Shown in pieces: positions 23,566 to 37,600 of a stretch of 64,000 bases of DNA (position 1 is the stretch's first letter; each line of letters starts with the position of its first letter). This stretch comes from Macrostomum lignano (lineage: Eukaryota): the NCBI GenBank assembly GCA_002269645.1, contig NIVC01001550.1, positions 205,307-269,306 of the forward strand, given 5' to 3'. The notes under the pieces were generated by a model, which was not told the DNA's origin, did not search any database, and saw nothing but the letters and a program-made list of their open reading frames with translations. The position numbers were made by a program, and so were the translations under genes.

Positions 23566-24414
23566 GGTGCTGGCCAGTGCTGACCCCTCGGCCGGCTGAC
23601 TTTCGGCGTCCTCGGCTGGCCGGCCGGACAGCAGGCAGCCCTGAAGGAGGCACCAGCCGCGACTGGCTTGGCCGAGGCAGCTGCCGTCGGCTGCTGGCAG
23701 TTGATGGGGCATGACAGGAAACTCGATAATACTGCAGCTTGCTTGAGGCTCTCTCTCTCTCTCTGAGACATCTTCAATGCTTACTGGTGTTGCATCGGGT
23801 TCTCTCTCTCCCATCCGCCCCTCTGTCTCAAATGGAGGAGATTAATTCCCCCCCCCCTTGAGCTCAGCACTTGCGTCCGGCAGAGAAAGAGCTGCGCGTG
23901 ATTGGCAAGTCTAATAATAGGCCGCCATTATACAGGGGGGCTGGCATGGAGCGCGCTGATCGAATGCAAAGTCCAATTCTAAAAGGGAGTGTCGAGCTGG
24001 GGATAACTGCCCTGCCCGCTCGGAGAAAAGGGGGATTTGCAGAAAGCCGAGACGCCACGGGACAGAGCAGCCCACCCCAAAGCTACATGTAGTGTCTGCG
24101 GGGCTCAACAACAAGGAATTTAAATAAAGGCCGGCTTAGCGGGGGTGGCGCAGGCATAGATGGCTGGCAGCTGACACACAACACCAGCTCGGGGTGCTCA
24201 ATTGGCCCGCACAATTTAGGCTGACCGGTCGGCGCTTATGGCTACCGCATTCTGCTTGTATCGATCTAATTGAGATTCTCGATATGCTTACGTTTGCTGC
24301 AGAATTAGATTGCGATTCGCTCAGCACGCCTGAATAATAGTAGGCTGACTGCGCATTGCACACTAAATTTTATATACTGGAACAAAAACCTAAAAATATT
24401 ACCTGGATAGTTGG

Positions 24415-25752
24415 TGGATTGCTAATCTAGCCAATATGGATTGCTAGCCAATATGGATTGCTAATCTAACCAATATGGATTGCTAATCTAACCAATATGG
24501 ATTGCTAATCTAGCCAATATGGATTGCTAATCTAACCAATATGGATTGCTAATCTAACCAATATGGATTGCTAATCTAACCAATATGGATTACTAATCTA
24601 ACCAATATGGATTGCTAATCTAACCAATATGGATTGCTAATCTAACCAATATGGATTACTAATCTAACCAATATGGATTGCTAATCTAACCAATATGGAT
24701 TGCTAATCTAACCAATATGGATTGCTAATCTAACCAATATGGATTGCTAAGCTAGCCAATATGGATTGCTAATCCAGTGAATATGGATTGCTAATCTAGC
24801 CAATATGGATTGCTAGCCAATATGGATTGCTAATCTAGCCAATACTCTCTCTAATCTAGCCAATACTCTCTCTAATCTAGCCAATACTCTCTCTAATCTA
24901 GACAATACTCTCTCTCATCTAGACAATACTCTCTCTAATCTAGACAATACTCTCTCTAATCTAGACAATACTCTCTCTAATCTAGCCAATACTCTCTCTA
25001 ATCTAGCCAATACTCTCTCTAATCTAGCCAATTGGGGATTGCTAATCTAGCCAATTATGGATTGCTAATCTAGCAAATTGTGGATTGCTAATCTAGCCAA
25101 TTGGGGATTGCTAATCTAGCCAATTATGGATTGCTAATCTAGCAAATTGTGGATTGCTAATCTAGCCAATATGGATTGCTAATCCAGCCAATTGTGGATT
25201 GCTAATCTAGCCAATATGGATTGCTAATCCAGCCAATTGTGGATTGCTAATCTAGCCAATTATTGATTGCTAATCTAGCAAATTGTGGATTGCTAATCTA
25301 GCCAATTGGGGATTGCTAATCTAGCCAATTATGGATTGCTAATCTAGCCAATTATGGATTGCTAATCTAGCCAATTGTGGATTGCTAATCTAGCCAATTG
25401 GGGATTGCTAATCTAGCCAATTATGGATTGCTAATCTAGCAAATTGTGGATTGCTAATCTAGCCAATTGGGGATTGCTAATCTAGCCAATTATGGATTGC
25501 TAATCTAGCAAATTGTGGATTGCTAATCTAGCCAATATGGATTGCTAATCCAGCCAATTGTGGATTGCTAATCTAGCCAATATGGATTGCTAATCCAGCC
25601 AATTGTGGATTGCTAATCTAGCCAATTGTGGATTGCTAATCTAGCCAATTGTGGATTGCTAATCTAGCCAATTGTGGATTGCTAATCTAGCCAATTGTGG
25701 ATTGCTAATCTAGCCAATTGTGGATTGCTAATCTAGCCAATTGTGGATTGCA
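24415..25752. repeat. Compound 21/22/23-bp minisatellite (GGATTGCTAATCTAGCCAATAT family)
   Basis: Three successive variant blocks share AATCTAGCCAAT. Confidence 0.95.
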
Positions 25753-26264
25753 ACGCCAGGCAGCAAGGATGAGACAATAGACTGCCTTTCTGATATATTT
25801 CATCACGTAGACTAATATTCAATTATAAAAAAGGTACATATAGCACGTAACAATGATTAAGTTGTAAAGTGAACAAAGACTTACGCTAGATTTTAAAATT
25901 TTCGAAGTCACCAAGTGTGATTAGAAGAAACAAAGAGTGATTAGCTGAACGTCAGAAAGTAAGTTCCAAGATGTATTCACCGAGCTGGATAAAATTATGA
26001 GGCAGAAATTTGAAATGCTGTTGGAAGATAATAAAAAACTTCTAAATAGACAGAAAGCCACAATCTAAGACTGCTCGGTGCAACCAACACGAATCACGAA
26101 ACAGAGATTAAAAGTGCTCAGGACCGATCTCTCACCATCCAACAGCCAGTCCGGGTGACTTGGGGTTGCTCAGTGAGGACACTCGACCGCTCCTTGCTCG
26201 GCTTTGGTTGGAGCAGGACTCAAAGCTGAACTCGCAACTGCATATTATATATTGTATATATTCA

Positions 26265-27520
26265 TGCTACCTGATTGATGTGTGAAGTTTGATGCTAACT
26301 GATTGATGTGTGATTTGATGCTACCTGATTGATGTGTGAAGTTTGATGCTAACTGATTGATGTGTGATTTGATGCTACCTGATTGATGTGTGTGATTTGA
26401 TGCTAACTGATTGATGTGTGATTTGATGCTACCTGATTGATGTGTGAAGTTTGATGCTAACTGATTGATGTGTGATTTGATGCTACCTGATTGATGTGTG
26501 AAGTTTGATGCTAACTGATTGATGTGTGATTTGATGCTACCTGATTGATGTGTGAAGTTTGATGCTAACTGATTGATGTGTGATTTGATGCTACCTGATT
26601 GATGTGTGTGATTTGATGCTAACTGATTGATGTGTGATTTGATGCTAACTGATTGATGTGTGTGATTTGATGCTAACTGATTGATGTGTGTGATTTGATG
26701 CTAACTGATTGATGTGTGTGATTTGATGCTAACTGATTGATGTGTGATTTGATGCTAACTGATTGATGTGTGATTTGATGCTACCTGATTGATGTGTGTG
26801 ATTTGATGCTAACTGATTGATGTGTGATTTGATGCTAACTGATTGATGTGTGTGTTTTGATGCTAACTGATTGATGTGTGTTTTGATGCTACCTGATTGA
26901 TGTGTGTGATTTGATGCTAACTGATTGATGTGTGTGATTTGATGCTAACTGATTGATGTGTGTGATTTGATGCTAACTGATTGATGTGTGTGATTTGATG
27001 CTAACTGATTGATGTGTGTGATTAGATGCTAACTGATTGATGTGTGTGATTTGATGCTAACTGATTGATGTGTGATTTGATGCTAACTGATTGATGTGTG
27101 TGATTTGATGCTAACTGATTGATGTGTGTGATTTGATGCTAACTGATTGATGTGTGTGATTTGATGCTAACTGATTGATGTGTGTGATTTGATGCTAACT
27201 GATTGATGTGTGTGATTTGATGCTAACTGATTGATGTGTGATTTGATGCTAACTGATTGATGTGTGTGATTTGATGCTAACTGATTGATGTGTGTGATTT
27301 GATGCTAACTGATTGATGTGTGTGATTTGATGCTAACTGATTGATGTGTGATTTGATGCTAACTGATTGATGTGTGTGATTTGATGCTAACTGATTGATG
27401 TGTGTGATTTGATGCTAACTGATTGATGTGTGTGATTTGATGCTAACTGATTGATGTGTGGGATTTGATGCTAACTGATTGATGTGTGGGATTTGATGCT
27501 AACTGATTGATGCGTGTGAT
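26265..27520. repeat. 26/28-bp minisatellite (TGATGCTAACTGATTGATGTGTG[TG]ATT)
   Basis: Tandem copies. Confidence 0.95.
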
Positions 27521-28187
27521 TTAATTATTATGTGTTATTTGATGGTAGTCTGGTTGGGAATGCCAACTTTAATAAACAGATTATAAACTGCAGTTGCACA
27601 CTGAGATTTCGAGCTGGAGAACTGCTAGCCATGCAACTGCTCTGCCTCCGCCTTCTGCCGCTATAAAATCAAATTTCAGACATGAAACGGATGGATTATG
27701 GTTGAGTAAGCCATCAAAGGTGCTTTCAAATCAACTGGATCAGAGTGAAAACACAGGAAAGTAATTTCAGACCAGCATCCGGAATGCATGGCAGCCATGC
27801 CTCATAACGAAGGGTTCAAGCTGAACGAGCGAAAATATTCTGAAAAATTGCTCCGGGACAAAAAACTACTCAGAAATCGATGGTGGAAAATTCTTTCTCT
27901 GTGTGGGACTTGGCAGCCTCCGGAAAGAAAATTTTAGCCTTAGCAACTACTGGCGGACTTATTATCCGTTTTGCCATTTCATTTCCCAATTCCAGTCGAT
28001 CTCCCATTCCCGTTTTCTTTTCCCCAATTGCTTGCCTTGGTGACCCGGGCAAAAGCCATTTTGCTGGATCGATGAGGATTAATACAGTTTCCCTGATCCC
28101 TGCCAGCTCATGGGAGCTCAGCTCACACTTTCCAACCGGGGGGTTTCTCGAAGTGCAAAATTTCCCTTAGATCCTATTACCGGGTTC

Positions 28188-29545
28188 TGACAGCACCGGT
28201 TAGCGATACCTAATAAACCTGACAGCACCGGTTAGCGATACCTCATTAACCTGACAGTACCGGTTAGCGATACCTCATTAACCGGACAGTACCGGTTAGC
28301 GATGCCTAATTAATTAACCTGACAGCACCGGTTAGCGATACCTCATTAACCTGACAGCACCGGTTAGCGATACCTCATTAACCTGACAGCACCGGTTAGC
28401 GATACCTCATTAACCTGACAGCACCGGTTAGCGATACCTCATTAACCTGACAGCACCGGTTAGCGATACCTCATTAACCTGACAGCACCGGTTAGCGATA
28501 CCTCATTAACCTGACAGCACCGGTTAGCGATACCTCATTAACCTGACAGCACCGGTTAGCGATACCTCATTAACCTGACAGCACCGGTTAGCGATACCTC
28601 ATTAACCTGACAGCACCGGTTAGCGATACCTCATTAACCTGACAGCACCGGTTAGCGATACCTCATTAACCTGACAGCACCGGTTAGCGATACCTCATTA
28701 ACCTGACAGCACCGGTTAGCGATACCTCATTAACCTGACAGCACCGGTTAGCGATGCCTAATTAATTAACCTGACAGCACCGGTTAGCGATACCTCATTA
28801 ACCTGATAGCACTGGTTAGCGATATCTAATTAACCTGATAGCACCGGTTAGCGATACCTCATTAACCTGACAGCACCGGTTAGCGATACCTCATTAACCT
28901 GACAGCACCGGTTAGCGATACCTCATTAACCTGACAGCACCGGTTAGCGATACCTCATTAACCGGACAGTACCGGTTAGCGATGCCTAATTAATTAACCT
29001 GACAGCACCGGTTAGCGATACCTCATTAACCTGACAGCACCGGTTAGCGATACCTCATTAACCTGACAGCACCGGTTAGCGATACCTCATTAACCTGACA
29101 GCACCGGTTAGCGATACCTCATTAACCTGACAGCACCGGTTAGCGATACCTCATTAACCTGACAGCACCGGTTAGCGGTACCTCATTAACCTGACAGCAC
29201 CGGTTAGCGATACCTCATTAACCTGACAGCACCGGTTAGCGATACCTCATTAACCTGACAGCACCGGTTAGCGATACCTCATTAACCTGACAGCACCGGT
29301 TAGCGATACCTCATTAACCTGACAGCACCGGTTAGCGATACCTCATTAACCTGACAGCACCGGTTAGCGGTACCTCATTAACCTGACAGCACCGGTTAGC
29401 GATACCTCATTAACCTGACAGCACCGGTTAGCGATACCTCATTAACCTGACAGCACTGGTTAGCGATACCTCATTAACCTGACAGCACCGGTTAGCGATA
29501 CCTCATTAACCTGACAGCACCGGTTAGCGATACCTCATTAACCCG
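28188..29545. repeat. 32-bp minisatellite (CTGACAGCACCGGTTAGCGATACCTCATTAAC), about 42 copies
   Basis: Tandem copies without spacers. Confidence 0.97.
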
Positions 29546-30155
29546 ACTACTAAAAAAGTGAATTCGGTGAATAGAAATACAATCACAGTCTAAATTAGTT
29601 TTAAAGTGCAAATAACAAAAAATATAAACAAACTTCCTTCTCGTGCTCAATTTTAAGTCAACTCCAAAACATTGATGCGATTTTAGCAGTGGACGGATTC
29701 TAGTTGCATTTAAATCTATTTGATAGAAAGCGACACAAGCATTGGTAATTCAAGCAGGACAATAACAGGGACTCTAGATTCATAACCAGACCACAACCAG
29801 ACCCAGAGGTCCCTGATCAACGCAATAAAAACGGCCACAACATACAATAATAAGACAAAAATAGGTGAAAGGCTTGCAAAATACTACTATTAGTACTCTG
29901 ACCCATATGCAGTTAGCCAATCTAGTCCGCAAACTTGCGCAAGTTTAAAGTGCGCAAAAGCATTTAACATCTGACAATGTAAGCACTGGCCGGGAACTAC
30001 AAGCGTACGTGTGCACACCCGAAATAATGTATGTCATGCACACGAGCGTGTATACACCGTAAATAATGTTAAACGTTTATAATGCACAGAATGTACAATT
30101 CATAATGTACATGAAGCACGACACATACCATGTCTAGATACGATGTACATCATGT

Positions 30156-30375
30156 AATGGGCAGATGTGCAACCGACAGCTCAGCCGCAGCTATTGCGCG
30201 GCGCATCTGAAGGCTGCGTACGGCTGTTCAGTCCAAGGACTGGGGGGGGGTCGCCACACACACCCTCAATTACCCCCATCTAGTCTTGCTTAAGGACACA
30301 AATTGTTCCGAGTGGGATCGAGAATCGAACCCCCGACCTTCAAGTCGTGAGTCCGACGCTCTGATCACTAGGCTA
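30156..30375 (-). mobile_element. tRNA-derived CORE-like SINE, copy 2 (intact A and B boxes, part of CORE deleted)
   Basis: The minus strand reads TAGCCTAGTGATCAGAGCGTCGGACTCACGACTTGAAGGTCGGGGGTTCGATTCTCG (tRNA-Val(CAC)-like head), then TGTGTCCTTAAGCAAGAC (CORE-like), then the same 3' tail as copy 1. Confidence 0.85.
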
Positions 30376-30397
30376 CAACCCCCTATCAACTGTAGAT

Positions 30398-30895
30398 TCT
30401 ATCATGTACTCAGTAGAATGTACATCATGTACTCAGTAGAATGTACATCATGTACTCAGTAGAATGTACATCATGTACTCAGTAGAATGTACATCATGTA
30501 CTCAGTAGAATGTACATCATGTACTCAGTAGAATGTACATCATGTACTCAGTAGAATGTACATCATGTACTCAGTAGAATGTACATCATGTACTCAGTAG
30601 AATGTACATCATGTACTCAGTAGAATGTACATCATGTACTCAGTAGAATGTACATCATGTACTCAGTAGAATGTACATCATGTACTCAGTAGAATGTACA
30701 TCATGTACTCAGTAGAATGTACATCATGTACTCAGTAGAATGTACATCATGTACTCAGTAGAATGTACATCATGTACTCAGTAGAATGTACATCATGTAC
30801 TCAGTAGAATGTACATCATGTACTCAGTAGAATGTACATCATGTACTCAGTAGAATGTACATCATGTACTCAGTAGAATGTACATCATGTACTCG
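30398..30895. repeat. 23-bp minisatellite (TCATGTACTCAGTAGAATGTACA) directly after the CYB5R4 stop codon
   Basis: Perfect tandem copies. Confidence 0.97.
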
Positions 30896-30929
30896 GTGAA
30901 ATGTAGATACACGCAGTGTGCACACAATA

Positions 30930-33900
30930 TCAGCCCTCAAACATAAACAGCCGATCAGCGCTAAGCGGACAGTTAGCATCGGCAGCAGCAGCAGCGGCCA
31001 GAGCGTCGCCAACGCTTGCCAAGAAGCCGTCGGGTCCGCAGGCGGCGGTGAACACCCGCTCGGCTGGCAGGCCGGCCAGCGGCTCCCAGCTGGCGCAGGC
31101 GTTGGCCAGAGCCGGGCCGGACACGCGGCCGGTGAGGCCCGGCCAGTCGCTGGTGGGGTCAACTCGGGTCAGCGAGTGCCGGCAAGCCAGCCTGCCAGGG
31201 TATCGGGCGGTCAGGCGGTCCCAGTAGCTGCGCAGGATGATGTCGCTCTCGGTTCGGTTGTAGTACACCAGCAGCACTCGCCTGGTGGGTTTGGCGAAGC
31301 GTGTATCATGTACATCAGAATGTGCTCCATGACTGCCGACACAAACCCAAACCGAAAACCAAACCCAAACCCTAAGCCAAACCCTAAGCCAAAGCCAAAC
31401 CTAAACCAAACCCAAACCGAAAACCAAACCCAAACCCTAAACCAAACCCTAAGCCAAAGCCAAACCCTAAGCCAAACCCAAACCCTAAACCAAACCCTAA
31501 GCCAAACCCAAACCTAACCCAAACCCTAAGCCAAACCCAAACCCTAAGCCAAACCCAAACCTAAACCAAACCCTAAGCCAAACCCAAACCCTAAGCCAAA
31601 CCCAAACCTAAACCAAACCCAAACCCTAAACCAAACCCTAAACCAAACCCAAACCCTAAACCAAACCCAAACCCTAAGCCAAACCCAAACCGAAAACCCT
31701 AAACCTAAGCCAAACCCAAACCCTAAGCCAAACCCAAACCTAAACCAAACCCTAAGCCAAACCCAAACCCTAAACCAAACCCAAACCCTAAACCAAACCC
31801 AAACCCTAAACCAAACCCTAAGCCAAACCCAAACCCTAAACCAAACTCAAACCCTAAACCAAACCCTAAACCAAACCCAAACCCTAAACCAAACCCTAAA
31901 CCAAACCCAAACCCAAACCCTAAACCAAACCTAAACCCAAACCCTAAACCAAACCCAAACCCAAACCCTAAATCAAACCCAAACCCTAACCCAAACCCAA
32001 ACCAAAACCCTAATTAAACCCTAAACCAAACCCTAAACCCTAAACCCTAAACCCTAAACCAAACCCAAACCCTAAACCAAACCCTAAGCCAAACCCAAAC
32101 TCTAAACCAAACCCTAAACCCTAAACCCTAAACCAAACCCAAACCCTAAACCAAACCCTAAGCCAAACCCAAACTCTAAACCAAACCCTAAACCCAATGC
32201 AAACCTTAGGCCAAACCAAAACCAAAATTTTCGGCAATCAAATGACCGGAAATCATGTAGGTACAGATATATTGTAACAAACCAGTACATGACCGGTACA
32301 TGTTACACTGGTTGCGAAACCTCTGAGCTACAGATTCGAGTCTATGACCTTATCTAGCAAAAACTGAGAGGTTAATGGCACACTCACTTGTCAGAGTCCA
32401 GGTCTAGGAAAGCCAAGGTCAGGTTCACCATCGGGGTGACGCCTGTGCCGGCTGCGATCAGCACAAGGCAGTCATAGTGCATCACGCTGTCGAATGAGAA
32501 TTTACCGTCTGGCAAGGACACCTGGATGGTGTCACCTGGCGTGTGCGAGTTACATCGGGGGCGGCAAGTGAGACATGCTGGCCATTGCTGGGTCAGAGGG
32601 TGCGACAGACAGGGTGAGATAGACAGAGTGAGACAGACAGACAGACACACAGCGAGACAGACAGGGCGAGACAGACAGAGTGAGACAGACAGAGTGAGAC
32701 AGACAGACAGACAGACGGGCGAGAGAGAGGGCGAGACAGACAGACAGGGCGAGACAGACAGACAGGGCGAGACAGACAGACAGACAGACAGACGGGCGAG
32801 AGAGAGGGTGAGACAGACAGACAGGGCGAGACAGACAGACAGACAGGGCGAGACAGACAGACAGGGCGAGAGAGACAGGGTGGGACAGACAGACAGGGCG
32901 AGACAGACAGACAGGGCGAGACAGACAGACAGGGCGAGACAGACAGACAGGGCGAGACAGACAGACAGGGCGAGACAGACAGACAGGGCGAGACAGACAG
33001 ACAGGGCGAGACAGACAGACAGGCAGACAGAGGCGCTCACCCGGCAGCCGCCTGCGCAGCCAGTCGGTAAAGGCGCCGCCCTCGTAAAATTTGATGACCA
33101 GCGCCAGCTCAGCGGTAGCCTTCGGTTGCCAAACCTCCTGCAGACCGTCGACCGCTTCGTCGTTGCCCATAGCAACCGGGGTGTAGGCTCGCCTGACAGC
33201 CATCTCGCCGTCGCCCTCGCCCTCAACCGGCGTGGTCTCGCAGTAGACGTGCCAGCCAATGGGAGTTCGGACAGCCGAACCGGCCGGCAGGCTCAACCTG
33301 AACAGCCGGGTGTCCGGAGTCAGCTGACTCCAACCGGACAGAGTGGCCGGAAAAAGTCGGACAGGCGGAGGGGCCGAGCCAAGCCCGTACAGCTGGTCGA
33401 TGTCTACGGGGCCAATCACCGGGGCGCGCTGGTCGGAGCTCCGCTTGCCGAGCCGCAGGGTGGCGGCGGTGGAGCCGTCAATTTGGCAGCGAGCGTCGGC
33501 CAGGAGCAGGGCGGCGTGGGGCTGGCAGCAGCGGAACTCGTAGTAGCCGACCGCTGCGCCGTCCTCCGAGTCCAGCTCAGCTCGACAGTAGAGGCCGCCG
33601 CTAGTGACGATGGCGAAACTTCGACAGGGCCAGGGGAACGCGAAATTAATGATAAACTCGTCGCCTGCGTCGCGCCAGGTGAATTTCACCGATTCCGACT
33701 TTTTAGCGGCAACGGCGGAGGAGGAGGCAGAGGCGGCGGCGGCGGGTGCCGTCAGCGGACCGACGTGGCAGCGGCGCAGCATGGATTCAAAGTTCACCCA
33801 ACGGTGCACGCTGTTGAATAAGTCCGTGGCGTCTTCGCCAGCTCCGAGCATCAGCTCGTCAGGGCCGCCAGGGTGGAAGTCGGCGTACTTGGACACGTTG

Positions 33901-34632
33901 TACACCTGCGTGGGTGGGTGCGGCAACTCGTGGTTTCATGGTTTCTCACATAAATAGTCAGCATCACTGGAGTCTGAAGGGCAGCTGAGGTTTAAAGGGT
34001 TGAGAAGGGGTAGCTGAGTGAAGCCTGAAGGGTTGGGAAGGGGTAGCTGAGTGAAGCCTGAAGGGTTGGGAAGGGGTAGCTGAGTGAAGCCTGAAGGGTT
34101 GGGAAGGGATAGCTGAGTGAAGCCTGAAGGGTTGGGAAGGGGTAGCTGAATGAAGCCTGAAGGGTTGGGAAGGGATAGCTGAGTGAAGCCTGAAGGGTTG
34201 GGAAGTGGTGAAAGGAAGCCTGATTGGTTGGGAAGGGTTTAGATACGAGCCTAAAGGATTTAAATTATTTGTTAGTTAAGGTTAACTATAAAAACTGATC
34301 CATTCAACAAACACTCATATTTTTGTACTGCCAGTAGTCACTAATGAATTCCAATACTAAATAGCCGATGCTTAATAAAATAAAGCAGTTAGGCCTACCC
34401 TTACCTGTCCATTAAGCGCCATCCAACAGTCGCCAGGCTTATTATGCTTGGCCAGCTCCTCCGGTGACACTCCGTGCGGCCGGGTTCCATCCAGCATGTC
34501 GCGGCCTGAATTGCACAGGCGCACCCAGTCCATGAGGGAGTGGCCGGGACGGAGGGCCGTCTTATTGCGCAGGCTGCCTGTGGCGTTGCCTCGCTGCTGT
34601 TGCTGAGGTGGCGGAGGCGGTTGCAGAGACAT
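30930..34632 (-). CDS. CYB5R4: Cytochrome b5 reductase 4 (NCB5OR: cytochrome b5 - CS - FAD/NAD(P)H reductase); exons 34632-34405, 33905-33041, 32535-32388, 31281-30930
   Basis: GHSLMDWVRL, HNKPGDCW, HPGG heme motif, VHRWVNFESML, RAYTP FAD motif, IAAGTGVTPM, CGPDGF. All introns are GT-AG with consistent phases. Possible upstream UTR exons lie at about 35160-35410. Confidence 0.93.
31340..32225. repeat. Degenerate telomere-like repeat (AAACCC/CCCTAAA/CCCTAAG mix), CYB5R4 intron 3
   Basis: Includes four perfect CCCTAAA units at 32031-32058. Confidence 0.9.
32600..33030. repeat. GACA-based repeat (GACAGACAGACAGGGCGA), CYB5R4 intron 2
   Basis: Visible tandem copies. Confidence 0.93.
33985..34240. 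repeat. 33-bp minisatellite (GGAAGGGGTAGCTGAGTGAAGCCTGAAGGGTTG), CYB5R4 intron 1
   Basis: About seven copies. Confidence 0.93.
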
Positions 34633-37600
34633 TTCGCTTGAGTTGGCAGCAGTTGCGACGGCTGGTGGCGCCCCAGCTGAGTGGCTGTGCCGAGGCAACG
34701 ATGCAGAAGAGGCTGAGGAGGTTGTGCAACCCACGATGAGGCGCGCCGAATGACTGAGTTGAGATCGATAGCAGCTGGTTCGGCTTAATTCAGATCTAAG
34801 ACTGACATGCATGTAGAAGTGTTAAACAAAAGTACATTTTAATTGTAAATAGACAATCATTTACCATTGATATGATGGTTTCCAAGACATTAGTGTCATT
34901 TTCTAGGAACCTACTTGGCTTTTATTAGATTAGGAAGTTATTATGCCAATTTTGTATGGGATGGAACATATAGGGATTAGAAATTAGCAAATAAAAAGCA
35001 TCATTAAAAGGTTGTCAAAGGTAAAGCGAAAGCTAAAAGACTGGAAACAGAACTTAGAGATAAGACAGCTAAGTAAAAGAAATTAAAAGAACAGCTAGAA
35101 ACTAGAAAGTGAAATAAATTAAAGATATGATTAAAAGTTAACTGTCACCTTTCCCCAAGATTTCAGACCAAGCAAGATGACATGAACATCAGCCGAGGTA
35201 CCAGGCAGAGTCAGTTGGCGCGGTGCCAGGAGAAACGATATGGCAAGATACCCCAACTGGTGGGCAAGATAGAGCAATGGTCAACAGGCAAGGTCAGCAG
35301 GTACGTATGTGGATCTGCAAAAGCATGACTCACCGAGGGACGCATGGGTGGTCTGACGTGTGAACAATTTGAATACTGAACCCTAGACTGACCTTTAACC
35401 ATTGCCTGAAGTAACCAACTAACAGATATCAAATTATCTCTCTCTCCCCATAGCAATGCGCTAATCTAATGTTGCTGCATCTGTTCTGGCACCCCGCTGT
35501 TACTAATCAGTGGCGGGGGATGATGTGTATCAAAAGATTATAAAATAGACACGGCCTCGGCCCTGAAATAGGCAACTCTCACTGAGACTTTAATTCTATA
35601 GCCTGGACTCCAGTGTAGCTCACCAATAAATCTAAAGACTCATATTTGTTATTTGTGCTACAGGCACAAGTCATAAGCAGCCAAGTAGCGATATCCTTTG
35701 TAAGCTCTTTTAGGCTTCGAGGATAGTAGAAGCAATAGAACAAAACCGCTAGGCAACCAAGAAAGAAAGAAGTAGATCCGGAGACCTAAGAGGAAGTCTT
35801 ACAGAATAGGTCTTTATTCAGGAGCCATCATCATGAATTTCAAGGGATAAGGACAGATTGAAACAAATATATTGAACATAAACTGCCTAACATTGGATCA
35901 AAAAAGTTTTTATCTAATGTAGTAATAATAAATGTCAATGCAGATTTGAAAAATTTATTAAAATTTTATTTCTTTTGATAATAACTAGGCCTAAGAAATA
36001 TTCTAAGGCTAAAATAAGACAAATTGATAATGCATAAATTAAAAAAATATTATAACATTAGTATTTAAGCTTAAGCTAATGGCAAAATCTTTATGGTTGG
36101 CCATTTAGTAGGGATTGACTGTGGTCACAGTCACAATCGCAAAAACTGTGATCATAGAAAAATTCATGCAGTCTTTTGCCAATCACAATTTGTGAATTTC
36201 ATGAATTAAACCTTACTTTTTTAAGTCATATCACAACATACTGACATATATAAGATTGTGAAGGAAGACTACCCCCACCCTAGCCTGGTTGTGCCACTGA
36301 GGCCTGTTACAGGAAAGTTTTGGTTAGCCCTCAGGTCTAGGCTGCAGTGGAATTGTAAATATAGAGATTAAGACTTTAAGAGATTATAGAGATAGTCCAC
36401 TTTTGCTTTCCCATATTGTCAAGGCTGGCCATAACATAAATAAATATTTTCTTCTATTTAGGGTCAAGGGTTTCATATTTTAAGATATGAAAGCGATTCA
36501 TTGGGGCGAATCCAAAAAAATTAGAGGGGGGTGGAGGGGGGCAAGGCATACTGAAGTAAACAAACTACAACCCAATAAAAACAATTAAAAAAGTATGGCT
36601 CGATTTTTGCTACGGCTGAGGGGGGCAATCTGCTTTAAAAAATTGATAAAAGTATTCTTTTAGTCTTCCTTGGATTTCATTTAAGAAATCCATTAAAAAT
36701 TATCTCAATTTGGTTGATTTATGGTTTAAATGTACCAACCAAGGACGACTTAAGTAGAAGGACGGGAAACCTCGTTTCTTAGAAATTTTTTGAAGGCAGG
36801 TTTTTCCAAAAAAACATTACGGAGATAAAAGTTTTTCCGTAAATTCATAAATTCATTTTCAGCACAAAAATTGTTATTGCTTTTGATTGGAGGCAGATCC
36901 AAAGTTCATCTTTTCATATGTTGTGCCTTTCTTATTGCTCTATCGATATTCATAAAGCTTTTCGTTCATAAAATTAGGATTCTATGTTAATTTTTTATTC
37001 TACGTACATTTCCTGTACCTAACAATCATAAAAAATGCATGGCACAGTTCCAATCTTTCGTTTTATGAATCTATTTTATCATCTCTGTTAAAAATCGTAC
37101 GCGTCCTGTGTCTAATAATCATGACCAATTCATTCATCATTCATTTCATTGATATTTTTTACTGCAATTGTAACACAGCATAACAAAAATTAAGAAAACA
37201 TCATACAGGTTTCAAACATCGTTTGTTCTTCTTTCTACGTTTTCTGTCTTCTTCTTTACGTCTTCCTTCTACGTCTACCGCGTGCGTCTGTCTTACTTAG
37301 AAAACGGAAAGTATGCATAATTGATATATATTGCATACCGTATAGTATATTTTGGTCTGGGAAAAAGTGTATTGATTTTAGAAACTATGTAATACATCCA
37401 GGTGGCAGCTGCACACAACTTATGCAAAACAAAAACTAGCCAAAGTGCAGCTATACATGTACAATTGTATCAAGGCAAGCACTAGCTTTACAACTGCTGG
37501 TCTTTCGCAATTTCGCAAATTCGTTACAGGTGCTGGATAAATACAATCTTCGTATAAATTTACATACAGTACATGCATGATCCCTGTGCCCATGTATTTG

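Noticed and set aside
28188-29545. 32-bp repeat as a possible CRISPR array (also the 33-36 bp arrays)
   Set aside because: Units are head-to-tail with no unique spacers, no cas genes, and a eukaryotic context.
30310-30375. Functional tRNA-Val(CAC) gene
   Set aside because: No complete acceptor stem, and it runs directly into the SINE body shared with the 16643 copy.
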